This document shows, one piece after another, positions 43,754-55,955 of a stretch of 64,000 nt of DNA. A program made the translations under genes and the position numbers. Each line of letters begins with the position of its first letter. Within the stretch, counting starts at the first letter, position 1. Source of the DNA: Blastocladiella emersonii ATCC 22665 (lineage: Eukaryota > Fungi > Blastocladiomycota); assembly GCA_025594325.1 (NCBI GenBank), contig JANHCV010000002.1, positions 930,001 to 994,000 on the forward strand, in the 5' to 3' direction. The notes beneath the pieces are model-generated. The model saw only the letters and a list, made by a program, of their open reading frames with translations, did not search any database and was not told the origin of the DNA.

Positions 43754-45022
43754 ATGTCGATGCTCAACATTGGTGGCGACAAGGACGATCTGTTCTACCG
43801 TTACAAGATGCCCCCCATCCAGTCCAAGGTGGAGGGCAAGGGTAACGGTATCAAGACGGTGATCCCGAACATGAACGACATTGGCAAGGCGCTCAACCGC
43901 CCGCCCATGTACCCGTGCAAGTACTTTGGTACCGAGCTCGGCGCGCAGACCAAGCACGAGCCCAAGAACGACCGCTATATTGTCAACGGCGCGCACGACG
44001 CGGCGCGGTTGCAGGAGCTGCTGACGGGCTTCATCGAGAAGTTTGTGCTGTGCGGCGCGTGCGGCAACCCGGAGACGGACCTCAAGTTTGTCGACGGCAT
44101 GATCGAGCGCGCGTGCCTCGCGTGCGGCAAGATCACCCCGATCGACATGCGCCACAAGCTCACCAACTTCATCCTCAACAACCCGCCCGCCGGCGCCGTG
44201 GTGTCGGGCGGCAAGAAGAAGGGCAAGCGCGGCAAGAACGCCGCCGCCAAGTCCAAGGACCAGACCCCGCGCGACTCGGCCGACGAGGAGGACGCCTCGG
44301 GCGACGAGCTGCACAAGCAGATCATGGCCGAGGCCAAGCACCTCGGCGACTCGCAGATGAAGGACGACGACTGGTCCGTCGACCTCGGCAAGGACGCCCA
44401 GAAGCAGCGCCAGGCCGACCTGCTCAAGGGCGTCGAGCAGCTCGCCGTCGACGAGAAGAAGAAGGCCGGCAAGAAGGCCGCTGGCAAGGGCAAGAAGGCC
44501 GCCGCCGCGTCCGACGACGAGGACGACGACTTTGCCGAGGACGACCCGCTCGACGCCCTCGCCACCTTCGTCGCCAACAAGCCCAAGGCGACCGCGGCCG
44601 TGATCCTCGCCGAGGTCAAGGAGTCGGGCATCCCCGCGCACCTGGCCACCCACGTGCTCGCGCAGGTCCTGATCCGCCCCGACACGCTGTCGGCCGACAT
44701 CAAGGCGCGCGCGCCCGTCTTCGCCAAGCTCAACAAGGGCAACGCGCGCGCGCAAAAGTACTTCCTCGGCGGGCTCGAGCGCCTCGTCGCCACCAACGAC
44801 GCGTTCAAGAAGGTGCCCGTCATGCTCAAGAACATCTACGAGCTCGACCTCGTCGACGAGGCCGCCATCCTCGCCTGGGGCGCCCGCGCTACCAAGAAGT
44901 GGACCGGCAAGAAGGCCCTGTCCCAGCAGGTCCGCGACGCCGCCGAGGCCTTCCTCAACTGGCTCAAGGAGGCCGAGGAGGACGACTCCGAGGAGGAGGA
45001 CTCGGAGGAGGACGACGAGTAA
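43754..45022 (+). CDS. TIF5: Translation initiation factor 5
   Basis: DLFYRYKMP...EGKGNGIKTVIPN, KYFGTELGAQT, Zn ribbon CGACGNPET...CLACG, and a W2 domain with an acidic tail. Confidence 0.97.
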   Translation: MSMLNIGGDKDDLFYRYKMPPIQSKVEGKGNGIKTVIPNMNDIGKALNRPPMYPCKYFGTELGAQTKHEPKNDRYIVNGAHDAARLQELLTGFIEKFVLCGACGNPETDLKFVDGMIERACLACGKITPIDMRHKLTNFILNNPPAGAVVSGGKKKGKRGKNAAAKSKDQTPRDSADEEDASGDELHKQIMAEAKHLGDSQMKDDDWSVDLGKDAQKQRQADLLKGVEQLAVDEKKKAGKKAAGKGKKAAAASDDEDDDFAEDDPLDALATFVANKPKATAAVILAEVKESGIPAHLATHVLAQVLIRPDTLSADIKARAPVFAKLNKGNARAQKYFLGGLERLVATNDAFKKVPVMLKNIYELDLVDEAAILAWGARATKKWTGKKALSQQVRDAAEAFLNWLKEAEEDDSEEEDSEEDDE

Positions 45023-45340
45023 GTTTGGCGGACCCCCGCACCGTTTTGTCACTTTTGTTATTTTGGACCACCCACCACCACCACCAACACGTAGTAAACC
45101 CTACAACCACGCTAGTATGAGAGGATCCAGAGTGACGGTAGCGACCGACCATGTGAGGGCGAGTGAGCGGTGCAGCTGCGCGGCGCCGCCTCGAACGACT
45201 TGAGCCACATCGGCCCTCCCATCGCTGCTCCTCCTCTTCTGACCCTGACGGAACCACATGTAACTTCGCCTACCATGCAACCACTCGATGCAACGCGCTC
45301 ACACGGACTGGCCATCTAGCTCTCCATCATCACCAGCAGT

Positions 45341-45930
45341 ATGACCCAGGTCGACCTCGACGTCTCCGAGCTCCTCGCGTGCGCGCGGTACGGCGAGCTC
45401 GACGAGCTCAAGGAGGAGGTGGCGCGGATGCAGGCCGAGCATCCCGGGCTCACGGCCACGTCGATCCTCGGCCGCGCCAACGACAGCGGGAACACGGCGC
45501 TGCACATGGCGAGCGCCAACGGGCACTCGGGTGCGTTTCCCACCTCGCTTCTACCCTCTCAGGCAAGACACTAAGTTACCTGGGTGTAGACATCGTGGCG
45601 TACCTGCTCGAGCACCTGCTCGCCGCACACATCGACGCGGTCAACGCGCAGGGCAACACGCCGCTGCACTGGTGCGCGCTCAACGGGCACGTCGAGGTGG
45701 CGCAGCTGCTGATCAAGGCGGGCGCCGACCTGGCCATCGTCAACTCGTCGCAGCACACGCCGCTCATCGAGGCCCAGGACGCCGGCCACGAGAAGATGGC
45801 CGTCGAGCTGCTCAAGCACATGGACCCCGACATGGACGAGGGCGCCGAGGATGCCGCCGAGGCCGGATCGCGCGAGGATGTCACAGCGCAGACTGAGGCG
45901 GGGGCGTCCTCGTCGTCGCCGACCGCGTGA
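45341..45930 (+). CDS. YAR1: Ankyrin-repeat protein Yar1-like; intron 45531-45589
   Basis: ELLACARYGELDEL, SGNTALHMASANGH and QGNTPLHWCALNGH ankyrin repeats with an acidic tail. Confidence 0.82.
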
Positions 45931-45975
45931 GTGAGAACAGCAAAGGGTATATATATATTCACAATCGTAGCGACT

Positions 45976-47723
45976 TTACACCGACTCTTGTTCGCCGTGC
46001 TTCAAGTCGTCGCCGTCGTCGCTGTCGAGCGAGTCCTCGGCATTCACGCGCTCGAGCGCGCGGCGCACCTCGCGGCGCCAGTCGATGCGCAGCGTCACGT
46101 ACGCGAGGAGCAGGACGTAGCAGAGCCCCTGGGTCCCGGCGAGCGCGTACCACGTCCCATGGAGCTGGAACCCGGCGAGGAACGTGAGGACCATGGCGAG
46201 CGGCAGCCCGACCACGTAGTACGACACGAGGCTGAACGCCGCCCCCACGGCCTGCTTGCCGCACCCGCGCAGGATGCCGCCGAGCACGCACACGCCGCCG
46301 TCGGCGAACTGGAACACGGCGACGATGGGCAGCACGGACGCGACGAGGCGCACGACGTCCGGATCGCTGGTGAAGATATTCGCCCACCGCGTGCGCGCGG
46401 CCAGAAGCACCGTCATCGTCACGGACGACACGAGCAGGGCGAGGAGGACCGAGACCTGGGCGGCGTGGCGCGCCGCGTTCGGCATCGCGGCGCCCAGCAG
46501 GTTGCCGACGCGGTTCGAGGTGACGACGGCGAGCCCGAGGAACAGGTTGTACAGCAGCACCGTCGTGTCGAGGATCACCGACTGCGCGGCCAGCGGGACC
46601 GCGCCGAACAGGCCCGCGACGAGCGCGACGAGCTCGAACACCCACCATTCGGAAATCACCATCACCATGCCGCCGAGCCCGAGCCGGATGAACGGGCCCC
46701 AATCGCGCACGGCCGCGCGAGACCACGGCGTCCACGCCTCGTGCCCGCGCACGAACCGCGCGTACGCGATGAGCAGAAGGAGCGACAGCCACTCGGCGAT
46801 GCAGGTGCCGGCGGCTGCGCCGTAGTAGCCCATGCGGAACGGCGAGTCGACGTACACGAAAAAGTACTGCAGCGCTGCGTTCACGGGGAGCACGACCGAC
46901 GACACGAGGAGCTGAGCCTTCATGAGCTGCTGGGCCTGGAGATACTTGGCGATTCCGTTGGCTACGACCGACGGGAACAGCGACGGCAGCAGATAACGGA
47001 TGTAGCTGCCCGCGAGGTGGCACAGGTCGGGTTCCTGGCCGACGAGCAGCAGCAGCGGCTCGGCGAACAGCCACAGCACCGCGATGGGCAGTGTCATGGC
47101 CAGGTTGATCAGGATCGCGCGCTGCAGGAACACGCCGGCCTGGCGCGGGTTGCTCGCGCCCGTCATGGCCTGCGACGCCAGCGTGTCGAGCGCCGTGGTC
47201 AGGCCCAGCGTGAACGAGTAGCCGAGCACGTTGGTGTACTACGCAACGCGCGTGTTAGTGTCGGGAGAGGCGCATCGCGGGGCAAGCGGCGTACCATGAC
47301 AGCGAGCGTCGACGACGCCAGCTCGGCCGCACCGAGATGCCCGACGACGACGGTGACGACCATGCGGTTGGCGAACGAGAGCATGGACCCGCCAATCGAC
47401 GGCACCGCGAGCCGCATCATGGTCTTCATCTCGTTGACCGTGATCTGCTTGGTGAGCCGCTCGCCGTCGTCATCGGCGCGCGCGGTCAGCGACGACGTGA
47501 CCGAGTCGGCGCGCGGGCGGCGGCCACCACGGTGGCGGCGATGGCGCAGCGACGAGTAGTCGGGCGCGTCGTCGTCGTGGATCGACAACGCTGAGTCGGC
47601 GTGGGCCGTGGGGCTCCGCGCGGTGGCAGCGGGCGCCGCGAGCGGCCGGGTCTCGGGGCTGCCGTTAGCCGCGAGGACGGGGCGGGCGGCGGCGGTGGAC
47701 GCCAGGATTTCGTCTCCGGTCAT
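45976..47723 (-). CDS. MATE family efflux transporter; intron about 47294-47238
   Basis: VVGHLGAAELAS, LGLTTALDTLASQA, GIAKYLQAQ, EWWVFE, SNRVGNLLGA, GILRGCGKQ. Confidence 0.95.
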
Positions 47724-48543
47724 GGTGCAGCGAGTCGAGCGAGGGGCGAGGGCGCACAGCGGGGTCGGCAAAGGTGGCCATAGGGGAACATAGTCGGAGA
47801 GGGGAGAGAAGGGGCCAGACTTTTGAAGGTCGACGGCGAGCGAGCACGGCGCAGTCTAGATCCGGTTGCGATGACTACGCGCGCAGCCCGGAAGAACCGT
47901 GGAAGATCTCCCGAACAACGGAGCGTCGCTCATTTTGGAACACGGTCCTGCAGCTCGCCGTCGCCTGCCGCCGCGAGCGAGGCTTGGGGCGGGAACTGAG
48001 GACGACGTCGGCAGCGACGAGAACGTGCTCGGTGGCCGTGACGGCGTCGGCGACACCACAGGAGCTGGACCGGGCACGATGGCCCATCGCGCGTGACGCG
48101 ACGCGGCGCGACGCGAGGGCGGCGGGCAGCGCGACGCAGTCCCGAAACCGTCTCCCGCGGGGTCCCTGCCGCGGGCGGAGCGCGTTGCATCAAGTATACA
48201 TGGCGTGTCTCCCGTCGTGCATTCGCAGAAGCCGGGAGGAAGCGGGCGAAGAATCGCGTGCGCTCGGGAACGCGAGACATTCAGGCGCCCGGCCCCACGT
48301 GATGTCTCGCACCCGACGCGTCGCGCGTCGCACTCGCACCCTGCACCCGCCCGGCGACGTGAATCGGCAGCCCGCGCGGGGTTTGTCCGATGGAACGAGG
48401 GAAGGGCGGTTTGTCAGCGTCGCTCTGCCTCTCTGGCAACTTGGAGCTCATGAAATCTGCCTGTTCTATGCCCTGCAACTAGCGGCAGTCGCATCCAGGC
48501 TCCTCTTGCCATCTTCTGCGTGACCCGGATCGACGTGAGCAAC

Positions 48544-50730
48544 ATGAAAGACATCAGCGTCACGGCCATCTCGCCGCCCGTGCCGTCCAACCTGGAGAAA
48601 GGGCCGGTGGTCGCACCAGGTAACGCATGATCGCCCTCGTATCCCGCTTTCCGCCGAGTCCTGACCTGCGTCGATCGAATTCTGCGCGTAGATGCGACTG
48701 TCGATATGGAGGCCTCCCACGCCACCGTGCTCAAGGCCCAGAAGCTGCTCCTGCGGCTCACCAAGGCGCTGTTCGCGTTTGGCGCACCGCTCTACCGAGT
48801 CGAGAGTACGCTCACTCTACGTCATCGGCATCGACTCCACTCACTCGTACTCTCTTCATGTAGTGCGCGTCCAGGCCGCCGCCGACGAGCTCGGCCTCCC
48901 GCTCTCGATCCTGTCGCTGCCCAACGCCGTCGTCCTCGCGTTCGGCGACGGCACCCCGCTCATCTGGCCGCAGACCTACATCGTCAAGGGCTTTCAGGGC
49001 CAGAACATGGGCAAGCTGCAGGACGTCGACATCTGGTCCAAGAAGCTCACGCTCAGCTGCGAGATGGCCATCGCCGCGCGCAAGCTGCAGCTCGAACAGC
49101 CGGCGACGGCGGGAACGGCCGAGACGGCCACGGGTGCGCCCGCCGACACCCGCAAGACGGGCCGGATCCAGGTCTCGCCGACCAAGCCGGGGACGTTCGT
49201 GATCGGCGAGGATAGCGATGATGATGTGCCGCAGAAGGACGGCGAGGACGAGAACCTGATCCAGGACGGCAAGAAGGGCGGCAGCAAGGGCGATAAGAAC
49301 GCGATTCGGCTCGAGCCCGTCACACGAGGTACGCGTCTTTTCGCCCGGATCCATGGCACGAATCTCACCGCCCACCGCCGTGTAGACTCAGCCAAGACCG
49401 CCGCCCCCGCCGTGCCGGGCATGGAACTCGTGTCGCCGCTCTCGCCGACACTGCCCGGCACTCCCGGCTCGCCGTCCAAGGGGCCCAAGAAGGTCCCCGT
49501 CTCGAACCTGGCCCAGGTCGGCACCGTCGACTCGGTGCAGAAGGCGCGGCTGGCAGCGCGGCGACCGCTGCTCGCGCTCACGGACCACGACCTCGACCGG
49601 TTCCTCGACGAGCTGGACCGCGTCGTCAATACCAACACGGAGCTGCACTACGGGATCCGTATCCTGTGCACGGCGACGACGAGTATGCTCATGGTCCTCA
49701 TGATGTACGTCGCGATGACCGCGTGCTTCCGAATGGACTGCTGACGGACTCGGCCGCGATGTGTAGGAACCCGTGCACATGGCAGGACCTCGTCGTGAGC
49801 TTCATCCTCGGTTTCCTCAACGGCGTGCTGACGCACTACGGCGAGAAGAACAAGATCAACGCGCTCGAGGTGCTGGTGCCCATGGCGCTCAGCGTCGTCG
49901 GCAAGCTGTTCGAGTACATTTTCATGGACACGATGTGCTTCGGCATGGTGGCCATGCTCGCGTGCTTCAACTACTTCCCGGGCGTGCTGATGACGCTGTC
50001 CATGGTCGAGCTCGCGTCGCGCAACCTCGTGTCGGGCACCGTCCGCATGTTCTACTCGTTCATCCGCTCGCTCAAGCTCGGGTTCGGCCTGGCCATCGGG
50101 TCCCGCCTCGTCACCTGGCTCAACTCGGTCGGCCTGCCCGGCATCGCGGTCCCGAGCGGCAACGCCATGTGCATGGACAAGACGTCGCGGCCCAACACCA
50201 TCTCGGTCAAGGACAACATCTGGCTCATGGTCCTCGTGTTCCTGCCCATGTCCGTCTGCATCAACATTGTCCTGCGCGGCCACCCGCGCCAGTGGGCCGG
50301 CATGTGCGTCGCGAGTGCCATGGGGCTCTTCAGTACGCTGCTCCTCCCGGTCTGACTCGCGTCGTCTGTCCATCCGCTCACACTCTCGCGCGTCGTCCGT
50401 GTAGCGCTGACGCTGGCCTCGACCGTGTTCAACAAGGACGCTGCGGCGGCGCAGGCGGCGTTCGTGATCGGGATCGTGAGCCACCTGCAGGCGCGGCGCA
50501 AGAACGACATTGCGATTGCGAGCATCCTGGCCGGCGTGTTCTGGCTCGCGCCGGGGCAGATCGGCGTGCGCGGCGCGGCCATGCTCATGTCTGACGACCT
50601 CAAGGGCAGCACGTCGTTCGCCATCGACATGCTCGTGCGTGCGCTCAACGTAAGCATCGGCCTCTATGTGTCGGGTCTCCTGCTGTTCCCCATGATCCGC
50701 AAGTCCAAGATTTCGATCTTGTCGCTGTGA
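48544..50730 (+). CDS. ThrE/ThrE_2 (Prm10-like) membrane exporter; about 5 introns
   Basis: LLRLTKALFAFGAPLYRVE, NMGKLQDV, FPGVLMTLSMVELASRNLVSGTVRMFY, FWLAPGQIGVRG. Confidence 0.85.
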
Positions 50731-50828
50731 TGGATCAACAACGTTTTATATGTATGACGAGACAAATACAGCACTGTTCACTTCGAGTCGAGTCAAGTCG
50801 AGTCTGCCCGCGGGCCAGCGCAGCGCGT

Positions 50829-51718
50829 CTAGTCCTTGTACACGGGCTCGCGGCGCTTGCCGTACACGACGCCCGAGGCGTTGGCGCCGCCCGTGAAGCC
50901 GGACGTGTGCTGCGAGGGGAGGTTGGGCGCGACCGACTCGCCGAGGCGCGGGTCCACGATCTGGCGCGGGATGCCGAAGCCGAGACCCGTCTCCTGCTTG
51001 GGCTACACAAGGCGGCGCAAGATGTCAGCGATGACGAGTTCGAGCGTGTGATCCGTGTAGGGTTTCGGCGTACGTTCATGCCGCCGGTCTGGGCCGAGGG
51101 AATGAACTTGCCGGCGTTGAGCTGCTCGTCGCTAAAGTTGACCTCCTACACGGACGTCGCGCGGGCGGGGGTCAGCGAGACAGGTCGGGAGACGCGCAGA
51201 ATCGAACCACGACGTACATGCTTGTCGTTGAGCTTGGGCCCGAGCAGCGGCACGTCGGCGCCCGACTTCTGCGCGTGGCGCGCAAACGAGAAGAGCGCAA
51301 TGATGACCTGTCCGAAATTCTTGTCCTCGAACAGGTCGATGGTCTGGAACAGCTCGAACTTGGGGCACCCGAGCTTCTCGGCGCCGAGCAGGAACTGGCT
51401 GACGTTCTCCATCTGCTTGAAGGGCATGTTGGAGCGCTGGATCTTGACCGTCTGCCCCGTCACCTTGGCCAGCAGCTCGAGCAGCAGCGTGCCGTCCTTG
51501 AGCGTCGGCTGGTCGAGCACGGGCACGTCGCGCCCGAGGACCGCCTGGATCCACACGCGGGCTACACGAGGGGCGAGCGTAAGGCGGTGCATGTCCCTGA
51601 GCGAACGCTGCGCGGCGGAGGGCTCCCTACCGTCCTCGATCTGCTCGGGCGAGAGCTTCGAGTCGAGCTTGCGCTTGATCTCCTTGTCGATGCCGTAGAT
51701 GGGGACCTCGGACGCCAT
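50829..51718 (-). CDS. SCP1: Transgelin/calponin-family actin-binding protein (CH domain + calponin repeats); 3 introns
   Basis: YGIDKEIKRKL, LKDGTLL, MPFKQMENVSQFL, FQTIDLFEDKN, GPKL, and C-terminal ANASGVVYGKRR repeats. Confidence 0.88.
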
Positions 51719-51969
51719 GGTTTTCAGAGTGTGATACGTTGCAATAAGAGGGGCTTGTTGGGGAGCGTGGGCCGCGGACGGGCGGGGCGACGCTTCAAGG
51801 TTCGGCTTGCGCCCGCTCGCGCGACGCGTGGGCCACTTTGGAGTTGAGCACGTGTGCGACCTGGAGACATTCTGCCACCGGCGTGGCGCAGCACCCGTCG
51901 TTGACCTCCGGCGCGACTCGCTCTCCGATACTTCCTCCTTGTTAAGCACGTAAACGACGGAGACACCTC

Positions 51970-52329
51970 ATGCAACACGGTCACAGCTACCCGAAGTACT
52001 CGGATCTCCGCTCCACCGAAGCCGCGTGGCGCCGGGACTTCAGCCAAGTCGCGGTTGAGATCCAGTACGCGCTTCAGGCGTGCGCCCCCGTGGACCCCGA
52101 GATTGAGCGCCCGGACTACTCGACTGCCGACGGCGTGTTTGACTTCATCGACGCCATGTGGGCCGCCCTGTTCGACAAGGCCGCTGAGACTCTCCCCGAC
52201 CTTCGCGCGCGGGCGGCGATCGGCAAGCTGGGCGATCTCATCACGATGCCGCACGACGCCGTCTTCGCCATCGTGTCACCGCACCTCGACGACTTGCGCC
52301 GCTGCCTTCCGCCCAAGTACCACCCCTAG
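51970..52329 (+). CDS. Small helical orphan protein (family C, copy 1)
   Basis: 119-aa intronless ORF, colinear paralog of 52604-52969. Confidence 0.75.
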   Translation: MQHGHSYPKYSDLRSTEAAWRRDFSQVAVEIQYALQACAPVDPEIERPDYSTADGVFDFIDAMWAALFDKAAETLPDLRARAAIGKLGDLITMPHDAVFAIVSPHLDDLRRCLPPKYHP

Positions 52330-52603
52330 GTCTTTTCGCGATCAGGAGCGAGACCCGCTTGTCACAGCATCCCAATGTACACGTAGCGCTATCTATCACC
52401 GCTCTCATAGTCATGGTTGGTCAAACCGCTGGCCGACAGGTTCATCCATGGATGTGCGTGGTCGCCATCGGCACCGAGGCGGCCGTGGCGCAGGAGGTGG
52501 CGCAGCACCGAGTCTTCGCTGTCGTCCGTCACCGACCTTCAAGTACATGCATTCGCTCTCTCCCGCCGCTCCCGCACACCCTCACAACACTCACGTCAAC
52601 ATC

Positions 52604-52969
52604 ATGCAAAGTGTCTACGGCGGACCCCAGCAGGAGCCCTCGACCAGCGCCGCCCGCGAGGCCGCGTGGCGCCGCGACTTCACGCACGTCTCGCTCGAGA
52701 TCATGCACGCCATCGAGGCGTGCGCGCCCGTGTGGCCGTCCATCGAGAACCCGGACTACACTTCGGTGCAGGGCGTCTACGAGTTCATGGACGCGCTGTG
52801 GGTCGCCCTGTTCGGCACCGCCTCCGAGGTCCACCCCGACTACATCGCGCGGGCCGGCATCGAGAAGCTCGGCGACCTCACCATGATGTCGCCCGAGGCC
52901 GTCCATGCCATCGCGTCGCCGTACCTCGACATGTTCCGCCGCTGCCTCCCGCCCAAGTACCACCCGTGA
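52604..52969 (+). CDS. Small helical orphan protein (family C, copy 2)
   Basis: 121-aa ORF from ATG 52604. It shares EAAWRRDF, PDY, KLGDL and the terminal RRCLPPKYHP with copy 1. Confidence 0.75.
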   Translation: MQSVYGGPQQEPSTSAAREAAWRRDFTHVSLEIMHAIEACAPVWPSIENPDYTSVQGVYEFMDALWVALFGTASEVHPDYIARAGIEKLGDLTMMSPEAVHAIASPYLDMFRRCLPPKYHP

Positions 52970-53470
52970 GTGCGCTCGCCGAGCGAGGGAAGCCCGCCCG
53001 CCCGCGGGGGCGTCAATGTACACGTTGGCTTCTCTCCCTTGACGCTCTCAGCGGACATCCTTGAGGCATCAGCTGAGCGTGTCTCGCCGCGCGCGCGTCG
53101 TTGTCGTTGTCCGCAGCCAGGGACTCTGCCGCGGCCGCCATCAGGGATGCCCGATGTGGGCTTGCACAGTAAAGCTCGATGCCGACGTGAGGATCTGCGC
53201 TGCCATCACGCGAGAGATCATTGGTTGGAGGGCCAACATGGCCCGATTCCCATGATTTCGCGGCGGCGAGACAAGGGCGGTGCTGCGGAGCCTCGCGCGT
53301 GCGTGCGAGTGCCAAGTCGTGGCTGATGGTCGGGCCCTTCAAAAGCAGGCGCGCCCCCGCCGCCGATCCTCGCTCTCTGCTCCCAAGCGCGTCTTCGTAA
53401 CGACACCATTCTGTGGCGACCTTCGTCCATTGTATCGTTTCAACTCGCGCATCGCCCGACGGCCATCAAC

Positions 53471-55550
53471 ATGGACTACTCGGCCTTCTGCGACATGCTC
53501 GGCCTCGCCGCTCCCGGCCTGCCCGCCCCTGCTCAACCGTTCCTCGGCCTGCCCGCTCCAGCTCAACCGCTCGCCCCTCTCGCTCTCGACGACGCCCTTC
53601 GCGAGCTCGACGACCTTCTGGCCTCCCCGATGCCGCCCACGACTCCGATGCCCAACATTCGCGACGGGCTCGGCACGAACTCGCGCTCGGCGCCCACGTC
53701 CGCGCCCGTGTCCGCGCTCACGGTCTCGCACCCTTCCTCCCACCCATCTTCCCTCGGGTCGCGCGGCATTGCGCCCGCGCCCGAGGCTCTCTCCGCGTCC
53801 TCGCCCGGCTCTCAGCCCGCAGGCGCCTCGCCCACCCACTCGCTCGCTGCCGACGGCCACGACACCTCGATCTCCATGACCGCCACGCAGTCCTCGATCC
53901 CCGACTCGCGCAAGTTTGACGCTTCCACTGCCAGCTACGCGTCCGGCGTCGGCCAGGCCTCGCCCGCCCCTGCACCCGGTGATCTCGCTGTCCAGGCCTC
54001 GCTCGGCTTCGGCCCCGCCTCGCTCGTCCGCGCCGTGCCTGTTCTCGCTCTCAGTGACCCGATTGCGCCCGTGGTCGTGCCCGTACCCATCGTCCATGAC
54101 CACGTCCTGCACGCCGACGAGGTCCTGCACTCGACCTACCAGTGCATTATTTGCCAGTTCTACTTTCTCTACCTGCGCTACCTGCACGACCTGGTCTACC
54201 CGTCGTCGCCGCAGCTCGCCTACCAGCTCATGGACATGGTCATGCCGACGACGGTCAGTCAGATCCTGCTCGAGATCCGCAACTTGTCCGCTCGCGGCCT
54301 GCCGACCATGGCCGACTACCTTCTTGTCGCCGGCCTGCTGACCGTGGCCGACTACGCGCGCGTCGCTGATCTGCCCTCTCCCACGGCCGCACATCTGCGC
54401 GCTGCCGGCTTGCCTTCCCCCACGCCCGCCCAGCTGCTCGCTGCTGGCCTGCCCTCGCCCTTGATCAACGGCCTGCCCTCCACCGTACCTCTCTCGCTCA
54501 CGCCCTCGGCCAACCACTCGCTCGCCGTTGGCCTTCCCTCGCCCTCGCACTCGGCCGACCTCCCCTCGCCCTCGCACTCGGCCGACCTCCCCTCGCCCTC
54601 GCACTCGGCCGACCTCCCCTCGTACTCGTACTCGGCCAGCCTCCCCTCGCCCTCGCCCTCGCACTCAGCCGATCCCCTACACGCTGCCGGCGGGCCCTCG
54701 CCCTCGCCCACGGCCGCCACCCTGCTCGTCGCCAACCAGTCGTCGCCCTCGCCCAACGCCACCAACCTCGCCAACCTCGAGCACCAGGACGGCGACGCGG
54801 CCGAGAAGTGGGGCATGATGGGCAAGCTGCCCGCCGGTTACGACGTCGCCCTCGACAAGCAGGTCCACTACGAGTCGTCGTTTGAGTTTTGCGCGACTAC
54901 CGACAAGTACGGCGAGGACGTCGCCTACAAGCACAAGGGCCACTTCATGATCGTCCCGCCGCCGCTCGACGTCACCGACCCGGCGACCGAGCTCGTGCTG
55001 TGGGTCGCCATGGACCCCAACAAGCCGGTCGACCTGCACCCCACGCTTCACCATGGGTCGCCGGCGGATGGTTTGGCCACGTCGCGGAACTGCTACGTCA
55101 AGCTCGGCTGCAACTTCAACAGCTACGAGCGGGCGTCGCCGCGCATCGAGATTGAGGGCACGGCCATCTCTAACGGCTCCAAGACCATGGGTGCGTCACG
55201 TCCTCCCGTCCACTCAAACGCCCCCACGCGCGTACGCTGACCACCGCTTTGCCCGTCCGCTAGGTACCTTTGAAGTCCAGATGATGAGCGCCCGTGGCTC
55301 GCGCGCCAGGACTCACAACAAGGGCAAGGGCAAGGACAAGGACACGGACAAGGACAAGGACAAGAAAGTGGCCAAGCTGACCTCGCTGGACGGGCCCATG
55401 CTCACCAAGCCCGCCCCCTGTTCCATGGTCGGCAAGGCCAAGGCCCAGCCCCTGCGCAAGGCCTACTTCAAGTTCAACGTCAAGACCAAGCAGCTCATCG
55501 AGCGGCAGATCTTTGACACGCAGACTCCCACCCCCGACGCACATGCTTGA
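53471..55550 (+). CDS. Family B long form 1 (low-complexity N-terminus + beta-rich domain + basic tail); intron 55191-55263
   Basis: A GTGCGT...CTGAC...CTAG phase-1 intron yields SKTMG-TFEVQMMSARGSRAR followed by a K/D-rich stretch. Confidence 0.75.
54536..54674 (+). repeat. 27-bp coding minisatellite (PSPSHSADL): 3 perfect and 2 degenerate units
   Basis: CCCTCGCCCTCGCACTCGGCCGACCTC at 54536, 54563 and 54590. Confidence 0.95.
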
Positions 55551-55955
55551 CCACGACGTCATCAGTGCAACGATTCGCTCACGGAGGCACCCTCCAAGAG
55601 TGTTTGCGGGATGGTTGATCATCAGTTATACATGTTTGTCCCTTCGATCTCTTCGCTGCTCCCTGATCCGCGAGTGCCTCGGGCTCGAGGTTGAGGCCGC
55701 ACGCGTCGCGCCACGAGAAGATCCTCGAGCGGAGCGCTGCGGTGGCTGAAGGCCGGCCGGAGGTCGGCGCCCTCAAAAGCACCTGCCCGCCCGCCACCCA
55801 TCCGCGCTCTCCCTTTGTCAACATCAAACACAAAGCTTGCTGTGCCAACACCACGCTCACCGCCCTTGCACCTCGCCAGCGTGTACTCTGAAGAGAAGCC
55901 CACGACGTTTCTTATCGTCCGGCTGTCCCTTTCGATCGCGCATCAACTCTCCAAC

